DNA of 63,882 nt, the filler included, from Dicyema japonicum (lineage: Eukaryota; Animalia; Dicyemida): NCBI GenBank assembly GCA_011109175.1. It is 6 parts of 6 records of this genome, joined end to end, with 100 filler letters (N's around TTAATTAATTAA, not from the genome) between each part and the next. Parts side by side here need not be neighbours in the genome. Positions count along the whole stretch, not along the records: positions 32,127 to 44,636 come from RDEW01000066.1; positions 44,737 to 46,677 come from RDEW01000271.1; positions 46,778 to 57,280 come from RDEW01000044.1; 3 more parts are not named here. One strand, given 5' to 3'. The translations under genes and the position numbers were made by a program. Below the pieces are notes generated by a model. The model saw only the letters and a list, made by a program, of their open reading frames with translations. It was not told the DNA's origin and ran no database searches. Positions 38,200 through 51,317 of the stretch are shown piece after piece; the first letter of the stretch is position 1; the number at the start of each line of letters is the position of its first letter.

Positions 38200-38809
38200 C
38201 ACAATAAATTAAATTTTAAATCATAATTTAATATTTAAATAAATTTATAACAATATTTATATTAATATTATTAATTAGCCAGTCGGGAGCCAGTCGAATC
38301 CTCACTACTTCCGAAAAGTGATTCGTCTTTACAGGAAATGTGTCGGCTCTCGGGAGCACAAAAAAAGGATGAGGCGGCTGCTTAAAGGGGCCGGGATCAC
38401 GGCCTTCAATATCTTTTATTTTGTCAATAATTGTAGGTTTTAATAAATAAATTGCATCTCTCGAGAGCACATAAAAAGTAAATTAAGGTTTTCTTATATT
38501 CCGGTACTTCTTCTCACTAGTTATATATAATCATCGAGGTCATCGGCTATTTCAAGTCTTGTGTAGATCCTTTAGAATATTATTTAGAACAGAACCGTTA
38601 TCCTTGTGTTTCCTTGGATTGATCATGCAAAACTTATTAATGAGGAAACTTTTATTGGCAATTGAAGAGGGTCTCCATGCAATTAAAAGTGTTGACTGTG
38701 AATTGTTTTTTTTATGAAAATGATTAATAAAAACAGTAAATTAATTCGTAAATTATTAATAAAATATATTTTATAAATAAAATTAAATAAAAAAGTATTA
38801 ACCATAGAA

Positions 38810-39508
38810 ATGGAATCACCAAATAATGTAAAATAAAATACATTAAATAAGGGAGTACTATTAATAATAAGATATGATGTCAACGATTTCCGTTCCTACA
38901 GAAATACTATTAAACGGGGGAAAAGCATACTAAGAGGATATAATGGAATAGAAACAGCATTGTGTCCCCAAGTTATTGGAGTGGAAAATTATTCATTTAC
39001 CTATTCTTATGGGATTCTATATTTTCCGTCATTAAGAGACGCCACATTCTGGTACCAAAGTGAACCCACCGTTCGACAACAAGACTGGTTGTCCGGAGTT
39101 GACATAATTGTGGTACCATCTAAGGGAGTTCCTATTAAGGGTATTTACTCACTCATTTCAGACAAGACTACTTTCGAGTTTCAGGACTTAACATTGAGTG
39201 ACGACAGTTCATACTTGCAAAATCTATCAGGAGACTACTTCGAGGACATTAACCAAACTTCCGCTAATATGCTGGCCGCTACAAATCAGATTGAAATCTT
39301 TAGGGGTCTTTGGAACCCTTCTTTTGTCGTGATAAACCAGTGGCCCTCAATAGAAGTGTGCAATAACTGGTATAACTCAGGTAACATTACATTAATCGTA
39401 GAAAATGGGAAAAGGTTTGTTGAAGCAAGACAGAGTACAACAAGTGGAAGTGTGTTTGTTACCGAGAATAGAGATATAATATCTCCACCAGCCTCCCCAG
39501 TCAAATAA
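38810..39508 (+). CDS. Tandem DUF1330-like (dimeric alpha+beta barrel) protein, probably 3 introns
   Basis: Two repeats of the pattern: ILYFPSLRDATFWYQSE and VINQWPSIEVCNNWYNSE; first exon MESPNN joined by a 24-nt intron. Confidence 0.7.
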
Positions 39509-40099
39509 CTAACATAAACTAGCAACACTAATAATAATACTTCCTTACTTTCAGCTCTAAATATAGAAATTGACGTGCTCTTATTGTCTTTGTGTACACA
39601 GCAATGACGTGGGATTTTCTAAAATGTGACGGATTCGGAATTCGGGAGATTCGGGATGATTAATGACTTTCACATGTATGAAGCATCTTGATTTCGCCCA
39701 ATCTCACTATTCGCCAGGGTTAATGAGATACTCTAAATGATCCCTAGGTTTTGTCTTTGCAGTGTGTAAACAATTAAAAATTACTAATACGCTCGTGAAA
39801 AAACAGAATTCTCGGTTTCTCGAATTTTTTGAATATTTGAATCTTTATTTTAAATACCTTTTCTAATAGTTAAAATTTCTTAATATATTTAGTATTTTTT
39901 GAAGAATAAATCAATTTATTAAGAAAAAAGTGAGCAAATGGTCATTTACAAGCCAAAACTGGTCAGACTTGGATCGCAGAACTAATTTACGATATAGACT
40001 TTATGTGGACATAAAGAAGATCAGGACTGTTCTAAGTCATGCTCCCGGAGCTTTTGCGGAATGGATTCTGAAAATGAACATACAAAAGACGGAGGTCAC

Positions 40100-40600
40100 C
40101 ACTGTAAAATGAAAAACTCAACTGACATGAGAAATGAAGAACAAAGAAAGTCACTACTCGGTGATTGGGAAGATGTTCAGCGAAGGAAAATGTTATCGAT
40201 TCTTGCACTTAAAAGATTAAAGTCCACGTGGCTAAAATTTTCACACGTCTCAACATTAATAAAGGTGCGTTTATACAATGCATTTATTTTGCCCATTATG
40301 CTGTACAACTCAGGAACGTTGGATTTGAATCAACTTGTACTGAAAACCTGAATGCTTTTCACTGAAACGACTGAAATCCCTATTGGACATACGCTATCCG
40401 AAGGTGATGAGATTATTTGGGCATATATTGAGGATTGATCCCGCTGCTCTCGCAAATGATATCATGGAATTATACTTTCTAAGTACGGTCCATTTCGGGC
40501 AGACTTCCTCTGACTTTAAATAGGACCTAAAGAATGCAAAATGCGACTGGAAAATCTTGATGACTTAGACGATTTCCGAAAAATCGTATTCCCAAAAGGA
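40100..40600 (+). mobile_element. RTE-like LINE C-terminal fragment
   Basis: KVRLYNAFILPIMLYN, LFGHILR. Confidence 0.7.
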
Positions 40601-40879
40601 CCGTGGAAGCGTCTGACGTCAAAGATAATCAGGAGTGTGGCTCTTATTGTTGCGAATGTGCATTATTATTAAATGGTCATATAGCGGCCGCCCTGACTGC
40701 GTGGGTATTCCCTCTCAGGATGAGAAGCGAGATTGGCTCAAATAACCAACAGCCCTCACGGGGGTCTCCTCATTTTGTAGAAAGCCTAAATCTACACGAC
40801 TCAAGACCAGACGTCTCAACGGCGAGTAGAACGAACAAAAANTCTGACGTCAAAGATAATCCGGAGTGTGGCTCTTATT

Positions 40880-41420
40880 GTTGCGAATGTGCATTATTAC
40901 TAAATGGTCATATAGCGGCCGCCCTGACTGCGTGGGTATTCCCTCTAAAGATGAGGAGCAAGATTCGCTCAAATAACCAACAGCCCTCACGGGGGTCTCC
41001 TCATTTTGTAGAAAGCCTAAATCTAGACGACTCAAGACCAGACGTCTCAACGACGAGTAGAACAAACAAAAAATCAAAAGAGGGTCCGTGTACTTTTCAC
41101 GTTTCAAACTCTCGGCCTTTTCAGCAAAAAAAGAGGTTTCATATGCACTCTGGAGTAGGTTTTAAAGGTAAAACGTCTCGGTGCAGGCAAAGTCCCAGAA
41201 TAAAAAGTCGTTTGAGTTATTTAGTAGCTTATTGTCATCCAATCTGGATAGCCTGCAAAAACAGAGTGGTTGAGCATGAAAGGGTGTCCGACGGCGTCCA
41301 AAACTCGTCTAACGACCTCGTTCAAGGCCATATGTCCGGAAAATTTGCCTTCACTCTTCCTGCTGGAGAGAGGGTATATGCCAAACAGTCGATCTGTTCT
41401 CCGCATCGGAACGGATGTGG
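40880..41420 (-). mobile_element. Degenerate CRE-clade Zn finger-RLE 3' fragment (tail duplicated at 40610-40840)
   Basis: RCGEQID, GHMALNEVVRRVLDAVG, KREKY, VETSG, GDPREGCWLFERI..RGN. Confidence 0.75.
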
Positions 41421-41479
41421 ATTATTTTAAATTCTCATTTATTTTAAAATAGTATTTTTAATTCTTATTTATTTAATAA

Positions 41480-42290
41480 TTTCCGGAGAGATTGCTTGTC
41501 GATTGATCATTGCAAATATTTCGGCTTACTTGTGTCCATTACTGCTGGCGTGGGAGTCAGAGGCGGATGCGAAGTGAGGGGTCCATGTAGTTAGAAAGTT
41601 CATCAGACTATCATCTGAAGCTTAGGATAGCTCGCTTTTCAAATTTNAGGCGGATGTGAAGTGAGGGGTCCATGTGGTTAGAAAGTTCATCAGACTATCA
41701 TCTGAAGCTTAGGATAGCTCGCTTTTCAAATTGTTATCTGCCAACGCTTTCAATTCAGTCAGAAAAGATGTCACACTTGATGTATGCTTAAAAGAACGCC
41801 GAAAATATATTCTTTTGTCTACCAATCATATTCGAGTCCTCCCCCTCTTATTTAGAAATGAAATCATTTCTTCTAAGAAGAGAGTACAACAATTGAATAC
41901 TTGGTGCTTTTCATGCAGATGAACAAAGATATGTGAAGTGGTTAATTTGAAAATGCAGAATTGTCCTAGATGTCGCACTAATGACCTACTCTCTCTAATT
42001 TTCCTTGAATGTGGAAGTCCTTAAACCAGAAAAAACGCTTCTGGGAAAGTTTGACGACAGATTGATATTGGACTAGCATGTTGGAAAAAATTTTGCATCC
42101 TAAAAACTTTATTTTGGAGGATTGGGAATTACCATACCTTCAGATGCTTCATTAAGTGCTGTCCTCTTATAGCTCCTCGAAGAAATTGATGGACACTGTT
42201 TTCAACTCTCATTCCCGACTGAATGTATCTATGACACCATTGGGAGCTGTGAACGTGTGGAAAGACGTATTTATTAATGTTCCGGAGGGC
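41480..42290 (+). mobile_element. Degenerate CRE-clade RT fragment
   Basis: GVGVRGGCE, NAFNSV, matching the element at 61304-63827. Confidence 0.6.
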
Positions 42291-42299
42291 ATTGCTACT

Positions 42300-42960
42300 G
42301 ACAATCTACGTGTTAAAAAAAATAAACTGTTATTGTGGACTCGACGATTTCAAGACAATAATTTTGGAAATTTTCCAACGCTGGACAAAATTGTTATTAG
42401 AGAAATCAGCAATCATCTTGAATGTTTAAAACTTTTATTTAATGAGTATTTCTCAATCGGAAGTATTAAAGATTCTGATACCTGAATTGTTAGCCCATTT
42501 GCTTTCAAAATAGAAAAGATGGAGGATAGAAAAGAGATCAAAGACAATTTGATTGAAATGTAAATCATCTACATCACTGAAAATGTTGTTTGACTCAAAT
42601 TCTTTGGAGGTTTTTTGGTGCGGTTTGCAATTTGTATTTCCGACCTTTGAAAAAAAGCACTAGAAGTTCTGGTTCCATTTGCAACAATCTGGCTATGTGA
42701 ATCTGGATTTTCATCTCAACACTATACAAAAAATAAACGCTCTAATCCCAGAAAACGATCTCAGAATTGCATTATCAAACAAAAAACCATGCTTCGAAGA
42801 ATTAATTAACATTAAAAGACAGGAAAAGTTTCACGGAACCTGACTAATTTTTTGAATAAAATTCGAATTCTCTTATATTTAAAATTTAGGGGTGCGAGGT
42901 TTGTTTTCTAAATTTTTGGGAGTGCAAACTCTAAACGAATCGAGATGTGCTGCACTAGTA
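42300..42960 (+). mobile_element. hAT transposase C-terminal (dimerisation domain) remnant
   Basis: NFGNFPTL, EISNHLECL, VLVPFATIWLCESGFS, ENDLRIALS. Confidence 0.8.
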
Positions 42961-44879
42961 GGTTTGAATTCGAAAGATAGATTTTTCAGTAAATATAAAT
43001 TCTCGTCAAACAGATCCCGCCAGTAAGGCGTCGAGTCCGTCTGACATGACACAGTAGTTGAAAGGGATCTTCCTACCTTTTCTCTTTATCTAAATCCACT
43101 GGTGACGATTACCACTATGAAAATTNGTCAAACAGATCCCGCCAGTAAGGCGACGAGTCCGTCTGACATGATACAGTAGTTGAAAGGGATCTTCCTACCT
43201 TTTCTCTTTATCTAATTCCACTGGTGACGATTACCACTATGAAAATTCTTCTCTAATAATAAAATGATGTCAGAAACTGAAACCGCTGACAATTATTATC
43301 ACAAGAAAGTATAAACTCTTCTAAAAATACAGAATTAGTATAACTGATTTTCTCGGCAATATTATTCTTGTCCATTGACATACTCCACTGTTCTTATAAA
43401 TGCGCTTTACCTTAATGTGTATTAAAAAGATCTCTAATTTCTTAAAAAATAAATTTGTTTTATGTACTTGAGTGTCATAAATGCCTGACAAGATCCAGAT
43501 GATTCCGGATTTGATTTTGCTACAATCCAAGGTCCCAAACATTTAAGATGCTTCTGGAATCACAAATGATGTCGATAATTCATCTACTGTCAACAGGATA
43601 ATCTTCTGGAACTCACACACAACAAAAAATGAGCTAAGAGCAACTTTCATCTCTCCTCGATTAATTATCATAATTTTATTTCCTTCTTAAATAAAGAATT
43701 AGACATGCCAAAGCAGATTGAGGTTCAAGTAATGAAACATTACTATTCTTCGACAGAAGTGAATGATGAAAATATATAAACCCGATTTATTGATAAAAAA
43801 AGAAGTAACAAAATCAATTAAAAAATAATAGTCGATAATTTATAAGTAAATTGGACATTGAAATGTTCTCTATCGGAATAATGCGATTTTTTTGGAAGCT
43901 CTTTTCCACAATGTGTGATTCTTATAAAATAATAATAAACCCGATTTATTAATAAAAAAAGAAGTAACAAAATCAATTAAAAAATATTAGTCGATAATTT
44001 ATAAGTAAATTGGACATTGAAATGTTCTCTATCGGAATAATGCGATTTTTTTGGAAGCTCTTTTCCACAATGTGTGATTCTTATAAAATTATTGAGTGAT
44101 AATTTTCATGTCTTGAGGAAGTAGGATGAGGTATCACATGGACTACAAGAATAGCTTAAAAGAGTCGTATGCATATTATTCTTCAAAATATAGAACGAAT
44201 TTTGTGGTTGGAGAGGAATCTTTAAAGTGGAGTAAGTTTGTCTGAAACCTTTTCTTCCATAATGAGAAGCTATCGATTGCATGATGGACAGACAATTCTC
44301 ATTGGTGGAATTATATTTCGGGGTCCATCTTGGATGGCCGTGTTAATAAATTATTATTATTGTTTATTGATTTAAATATATTATTATAAATTAAAAATAA
44401 ATTAATCAATCAAAGAGGTAACCTAAATTATATTCATCGACGTGTTCATTTTGCATTTATATGTTGTTGTTAATTTTTTTGTCTTCAGTCACGAATATCA
44501 AATCTAAACAGTACATGTCATTGTATGGAAATTATTTATTGACAAGTTCTCATAACAATGTATTTTATAAATAATAATAATAGACAAACAATTATTCATT
44601 TGACATTAATTCTTACATAAGTTTTCCCGATTTAATNNNNNNNNNNNNNNNNNNNNNNNNNNNNNNNNNNNNNNNNNNNNTTAATTAATTAANNNNNNNN
44701 NNNNNNNNNNNNNNNNNNNNNNNNNNNNNNNNNNNNAAGTTTCAAAAAAGGAAAAAACACCACAAGAAATACAACGCGCCACGCCTTAAAAAAATTCTCC
44801 TTCTGGAATGTAAAAACCTCGCCGCCTTAAGAATATCTGTTTTTGACTTTTGGTGTGACCCTAAGAGGTCGGTCGGTTT

Positions 44880-45088
44880 TCTTTGTGCCGCATTCCTCCC
44901 AATTCAGGGGGAATGGAGTTAAATAAACGAGCCAGAATTCGAAATAATCGCAAGAGAATTACAATGCCAAAAATCTCTTTAATTTTTAATTATAACATAA
45001 AAATTATGTTATTAAAATATATAAGTCGATCGCCAAAAAATCGCAATATGAAAAGTAGCTCGCCGGTGAAAAAGGTTGGCCACCCCTG
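44880..45088 (+). mobile_element. hAT/Charlie-like element 3' end
   Basis: Ends AAAAAGGTTGGCCACCCCTG, typical of Charlie/Buster termini. Confidence 0.5.
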
Positions 45089-45419
45089 AATTAAACCATT
45101 CAAATAAGTATAATTGAAATTATTAATGATTCCTGCATCCCGTAGTTGAAGTAGCGGTGCCGTATTTTTGTTAAAAATAAAAAATCAATTTGTTAAATGT
45201 GGATATTTTGGGGCAAGAAGCTTTGTCCAATAACATTAAGATTTTTCTTTTCTGACTAATCATTTTTTCATTAATTTTTTGTTAAGCCAGGATTTAAAAA
45301 ATGTCTCGTCATCCACGAATTTTTAGAAGAAGAGTATAAACCCAGTCACCTTTCTTCAAGAAAACTTTGGAAAGTATCTCATTTGATGGTTAAATTAAGC
45401 GACGATTGAGTGTTTGTAA

Positions 45420-45610
45420 CTAAATCTCTTGGTTCCGGGTTCGATTCCCAGAGGCTGCCTGTGCTGGAAGCTCCGATCGGGTTTTACGAGTGACGCCGTC
45501 ATGGACATCTCATCATACACGGACTCCGCATGGAACGGATCTCCGGATGGGATGTTGAGCTTCCTAGTCTTCTTCAGCTACACGCAAACAAAAGAACAGT
45601 TAAAAAGACA
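45420..45610 (+). mobile_element. tRNA-derived SINE-like sequence
   Basis: T-arm/B-box GGTTCGATTCCC without a full cloverleaf, GC-rich body, A-rich tail. Confidence 0.5.
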
Positions 45611-45875
45611 AGAGAAAACTCTCCCACCTCGGATTAATTAGAATTAATAGTTACTTGTTCTCTTTTGCTCTTGTTCTTGTGTGGCTGGCACAAGTGGAGG
45701 CTCAGGTACATGCGTGCCTCTGTCTTCGCGGACGTGCCGCTATTATTATTATTAAGCGATGATTGTTGGAATGCACGTATTCGGATGTTTTCAGAACCAT
45801 GGAAGAGGATCGAAATGTGAGCTCTATTTTTTTGAATACTACTAAGTAAATTTTGTCATTTGTGTAACTTATTTA

Positions 45876-46140
45876 CAGTCAAACCCCTTCAAACCGATTT
45901 TTCTTGGGACCTACAGAATTGTCCGGTATAGAGGGGAGGCCGGTATTTTGAACAAGTCATTAAATTTACTTATAACGAAAAAGTGAAACAGTAAAATTAA
46001 TTAAAATCTGTCAATAAGGATTGCCTCGTATTTTGCTTCGATTCAGCAATCGCTTTACTGTTCAGATAGATCAGTCTGTTGACGGGAAGTAGTAATGCAG
46101 GGTTTTTATTGCAAGCAAAGTGGCAGATTTGGTCTAGCAT
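45876..46140 (-). mobile_element. pogo/Tigger-like element end
   Basis: TA-CAGTCAAACC terminus with internal ACCG/CCGGTA repeats. Confidence 0.45.
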
Positions 46141-46189
46141 TTGTTAATTTCTTTATATGTTTTGGCTCTGTTTGCTTATTTATTTTATT

Positions 46190-46677
46190 TTTATTCACCA
46201 AGACCACAGTAAGACCGAACTAATTAATGTGTGATCCCGATCCAAATCGCACGGCGGAGATCCTCCGGGAAGGTTCGATCCTGTGCAAAGTGCATCGTCC
46301 TGAGGCGAAGATGTCCCAGGGGGAGAGATTCTATTGGTCCTTTTTCAGTGGGACTTAGGTTCCACCTGAGCGTTTCCAATTCAATTGAAGTTTCCAAGTG
46401 AATTGGTGGACCACGTAACGCCACGCTAAGATCCGATAGGAAGAAGATCCTCTTTTGCNACTAATTAATGTGTGATCCCGATGCAAATCGCACGACGGAG
46501 ATCCTCCGGGAAGGTTCGATCCTGTGCAAAGTGCATCGTCCTGAGGCGACGATGTCCCAGGGGGAGAGATTCTAATGGTCCTTTTTCGGTGGGCCTTAGG
46601 TTCCACCTGAGCGTTTCCAAATCCAATTGAAGATTCCAAGTGAATTGGTGGACCACGTAACGCCACGCTAAGATCCG
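46190..46677 (-). mobile_element. LINE 3' end (two uncollapsed copies)
   Basis: GC-rich segment ending in GTGGTCTTGG and an AATAAA-rich tail; tail motif shared with 19170 and 34555. Confidence 0.5.
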
Positions 46678-46777
46678 NNNNNNNNNNNNNNNNNNNNNNN
46701 NNNNNNNNNNNNNNNNNNNNNTTAATTAATTAANNNNNNNNNNNNNNNNNNNNNNNNNNNNNNNNNNNNNNNNNNNN

Positions 46778-47228
46778 AATATTAGAAAAACCAAAAATTT
46801 TGAATAACGAGATTAAAATAATTTTATTAAATAAAACAAAAACAATGTCTCTAACATGTGAGATTGAGAATCCCGAATCAACGACTATTTATTGGTTTAG
46901 GAGAAATGACCAATTGATAGAAATAGTATGGAATATTAGGGTGATTGCTGTCATGGTCAACGAATCACTCGAAATAATGTGTTTTGCCGAAAATAATTCT
47001 GGATTTGATTATAAAATATACAAGATTATATTAACTAATGGTAAACATCCAAATAAAGGATCCAATTGTACTTCACGTGATAATCATGTAGCAGTAAAAA
47101 ATATCATTATTGGAGTTACCATATTCTCAGTTATTACTATTTCCATCGTTTTGATTGGTTTATTATTGTTTTATCATTTAGTTGTTTGTTTAACAAGAAA
47201 GAACTCCAAACTAGTCTGTAACACTTAA
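46778..47228 (+). CDS. 3' part of an immunoglobulin-domain single-pass membrane protein (5' lost at join)
   Basis: SLTCEIE..IYWFR..MCFAENNSG Ig pattern, then hydrophobic IIIGVTIFSVITISIVLIGLLLF. Confidence 0.75.
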
Positions 47229-47499
47229 TTTAGTTCTCTTTAACAAGATTTATTAAAATTAACAAAATTGATGTGTTCAATCATTTTCTGCAATACTAGT
47301 TAGAAATTTTTTAAGAGAATAAAATTATTATTAATTTTAATTTTTAAAAACACAAAAAATTTAAATTTTCAAAAACACAAAATTTTAAATTTTCAAAAAC
47401 ACAAAAAATTCGATATTGTAATTTTCTATTATCATATTATTCAAAATTTCACTTATTTATTGTTGAGAAAAAGTTATCTTTTTAAGTATGTGATCGTAG

Positions 47500-48235
47500 T
47501 GTCATTGCATTTCCCTCTGTTCCGACTTTGACTGGAATCTTAAAAGAGTGTCCAAAAACATAACCGATTTTTTCGGGCTGATCAACATACTGATTTTATT
47601 TAACTAGTAGATTAAGCAGTTTACAAGTAATTGTAATCTCTCTGAGGCGACCTGAACGTCTTGGTCCCTAGATGCAATAACAATATCATCTGCATAAGTC
47701 AGCAAAAGGTCATCCTCATCCTCCAGAGTCGGGATGTGATTCAAAAAAGATTGAAGAGTATAGGGATCAGAGGAGATCCGTGGGGTATTCCATTTAAAGT
47801 TAAACGAGACCTCGACCGTAGGTTTTTCAAACAGATAGATTCCCTTCGTCCATTGAGGAAATTCACCAGCCAGAGTTTGAAATTCCCAGGTATATCCGTC
47901 TGATAGATTTTCCTGGTGAGTCTTTTTCTTGGGATGAAGTCAAATGCCTTGTGAATCTCTAAAGAACATAGAATTGTCTTTTTGTGCCTGGGTTTGTTGG
48001 TAAACCCCGAGCGAATAAAATCACTCAGGGATATTAGGTGGGTATTCGTCGAGTGAAAGGATTTAAATCCGTGTTAGAATAATTTCTCTGGTATTGTTTT
48101 TCTGATCTTCTAAAGAACTAGTTTTTCCAGAATTTTCGACATGGAATATAGCAATGATACCGATCTGAATGATGCCGAGTCGTTTTTTGGTTTTCCCATC
48201 TTCAATTTCAGGCTGAAGTAGACGAGTTTCCATAG
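47500..48235 (-). mobile_element. Degenerate LINE RT fragment
   Basis: FRSVSLL, GFKSFHST, KAFDFI, GIPHGSPLIPILFNLF, YADDI. Confidence 0.8.
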
Positions 48236-51200
48236 TGTTCAATTAATAATATTAATTTATCATATAAACGGTTAATTATTACCTATATGCATAGAATCAT
48301 ATTTGAAAAAATCTCATACCAACAGCAGATTATCATCCAATTCCTTTCAATATTTGGTTAAATGAGGTTTTAACCCGGGTCCTACGTGTATGCAACGCTT
48401 AGTTTAATTATCAACACTCAGGATTTTCAATAAATCCTGCTATCACCACTTCAATGTTAATGAATAAAAGGAAAGAAAGTGATTTCGCTCTATATGAACT
48501 AAGTAGAAATTTTGTACAATAGTGGTACTTCATTTTTTTATAAACATATATGTACAAAATAACAAGAAATTGAGTGAATATGAGTACATACTACCTTCAG
48601 ATTTGACAGAATAGTCTTTTTGAAGACTAGTATATAGAATGTCAGAAGTATTTTCATCAAATTACCTTTCTTTAATACGCAGAAATTACTCCACGTTCTA
48701 ACTTATGCACTAGTTCAACTTTAATTAAGTACTTCAAGTCGGTAGCAGCGAGTATAGTTTGCTGGTTAGTTATTAACCACTACCTCACTATCAGTCAGAT
48801 GTTCACCGGAGGTTCCGGGAAGCATCTTGTAGAATCAATAATAATTTGTCAGGTGTAAAAAACACGCTTGATTCGTCGTTTAATTGTGTTCTGTTCATTA
48901 TTGTTTCTTTGTCTCTGAGTCATCCAACAGTAGGGAAAGTCATCCAATATGTCGTTCCAAACTGGTCTTCGGAAGGTTTTGGTAAAGATTTAGTTTTGTA
49001 TTGAATTTGATTTTGTTCTATCGGGAGGTGACTGAGAAATTTTTACCAGTTCATGAAACAGGTTCGCTATGGTAGGAATTATCATTCGGCGGTTCTTTGT
49101 ATGTTTCAGAATTTTGAAAAGGTGGTCTTGTTCCGTCGTTTCAATTAAAAATTGGAAGTTGCTCATCAATAGTAATCTTACATTAGGAGAATGGTAGTCG
49201 GACGGTTTGAATTTGTTGTATCCAATAATTGTTCGAAAGCTCCGGTTTTGTAGTTAGTGGAAGTCGGTTCAGGTGAATACTGTAACACTTCACATGGAGG
49301 AATAGTGGGATAGGTGATTGATTAATAACTAAGACTCTAGATAATACACGTGTGTTTGGACGCTGTCAGAGGCGAAGGTAATGTTCCTATCTTGTGCCGT
49401 GCAGATCAAGTCTTCCGCATTGGATAAGACTAGCGCATCTGCAGTTCGGATAGCTTATCAGGTGGAAGTTGAATATAGCCGAAGAGTGGGAAGAGCTTTG
49501 TGTAATTCCGTTTAAGAGGTAACAGGCACGAGATTTCTTTAAAATAGACGCGGTATGCACCAGTTAGCTAGAAGTATGTACAACAAACAAAAAGGATCAC
49601 CGATTTTCAAACGATATTTACTAGAAAATTTAACGTTTCTCGACTATTCTGTTATGGCCGACACGATTGTAGATTTTCTAAAGTGAACTGGCGACCAAAT
49701 ACTGTACACCTAATCACCAGTGTGTTCTGAGATTATAGAAAGTGCGATACGTCACATGGGGAACATTGAAAAAAGTTGAGCAGATTACTAAGATAACCTA
49801 AAATTGTTTAGCGGACGTGTTTCCTTATTAGCTTAGTGGAGATTTTAGGGTTTTCAGTAAAGAAAATTCATCATAGAAAACGAAGCTGAACAAATGAAAA
49901 AATCCATATCAACTACGATTTATTATTATTATGGCATTTTTACGAAAACCATAATGTTTATAGCCCCGCATGTGCAACATTCAAAGAAACAATATTTATA
50001 GTTAGTCTTTTTTATATTTCTCTGTCGAATGCGAGTGATCTCAATTTGTCCAGGTCGTACCCCGTCTTTAGATTTTTTTCACACGATTTAAGTCTTTTTA
50101 TGTAGAAACATAATACATATAATGGAGATTTTATGTTATGAATAGGGCAACCAGAAAATTGAAATTTTTAAATAAAAATTATAAAAAAATTTTTTAATTG
50201 CAAAAATCGGAATAGGAGAAATAAACTAAATTACTTATTTTAATAAGAAATTTAATATTCCTGAAATTTTCAGTTTTAAAGTTACGATCTTTAGTAAGAA
50301 CTTTCGTCAAAAGATATCACTCATTCAAATGACACTGAGCTTTCATAACAATTTTGAAGGTATGAGTAAATTCCAGGCTAAAGATTTTATTTGAGAAATC
50401 AAGAATTCTTCGAAGCTTTTTTGATGTATAATTTTTTATATTACATCGATCAGATAAAAATTATATGTTGTTCAGTTCGTCATAAGGTTTTTTCAATTGA
50501 ACAACTGAGTAGTTCAGTATTAGAAATCATTTCAATTAACACTTAATAATTTTTACAAATTTCGGTTAAACTTGAAAACAAAGTGAGAATGTTAACTGAT
50601 TCATTGGCTTAAAAAATGAGAAGAGAATTAAATAGATTACAACTTCATCTTCAAATTTAGACATTTTTAAATGAGCCTGTTTGAAATAATATTTGGCTAC
50701 TTTTAACCAGCTTCCACATGTGGATTTCCTATTGGAGAGAAAATTTCACAGCGTCTTTGGTTCTTTACCGTAGAAGTTTTTAATGAAGAATTCAATTTAT
50801 CAACATCTGTGAAATAGGATTTTAATCTTAGAGTAAAATTGTGTAATAGATGTGAAACACAAGTGACGTAAAAGATTTGGATATAAAAATTTCATTGAGA
50901 TTCCAGCTATAATTAGATTTATTCATCCCACTTAATATATCTCGCGGCATCTGTGACGAGTAAGACGAACTTTACACGTTCAATTGAAAATTGTTTCATT
51001 ATTTCGTCAACTTCACACAAATTGTTGAAGTAGTAGGCGAGAATGTTGATCGTTACACGATGCAACAAACTATTATAACAATATTTAAAACATCTTATTC
51101 TTTATTAATTTTAATTATTTTTAAATTATTTAAAAAATTTTTATTTGATAGATAATTGCAAAAAGTTTCAAACATTGACAGAAATCGCAAAAGATTGCTC

Positions 51201-51317
51201 GACTACAGAGAGCGTATTTGAATAATTTTCCTGGGAATTCGTAAAATCTGGAGCTCTGTTGTTGTTTGAATAATTTTCGTGGACGATTCGAAGACAACAA
51301 ATTAATTTAAAAAAAAC

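Noticed and set aside
41110-41130. U2 snRNA-like TCTCGGCCTTTT
   Set aside because: Short chance match inside a CRE remnant; rest of U2 absent
43260-44340. Possible multi-exon gene
   Set aside because: No consistent spliced frame or recognisable motif on either strand
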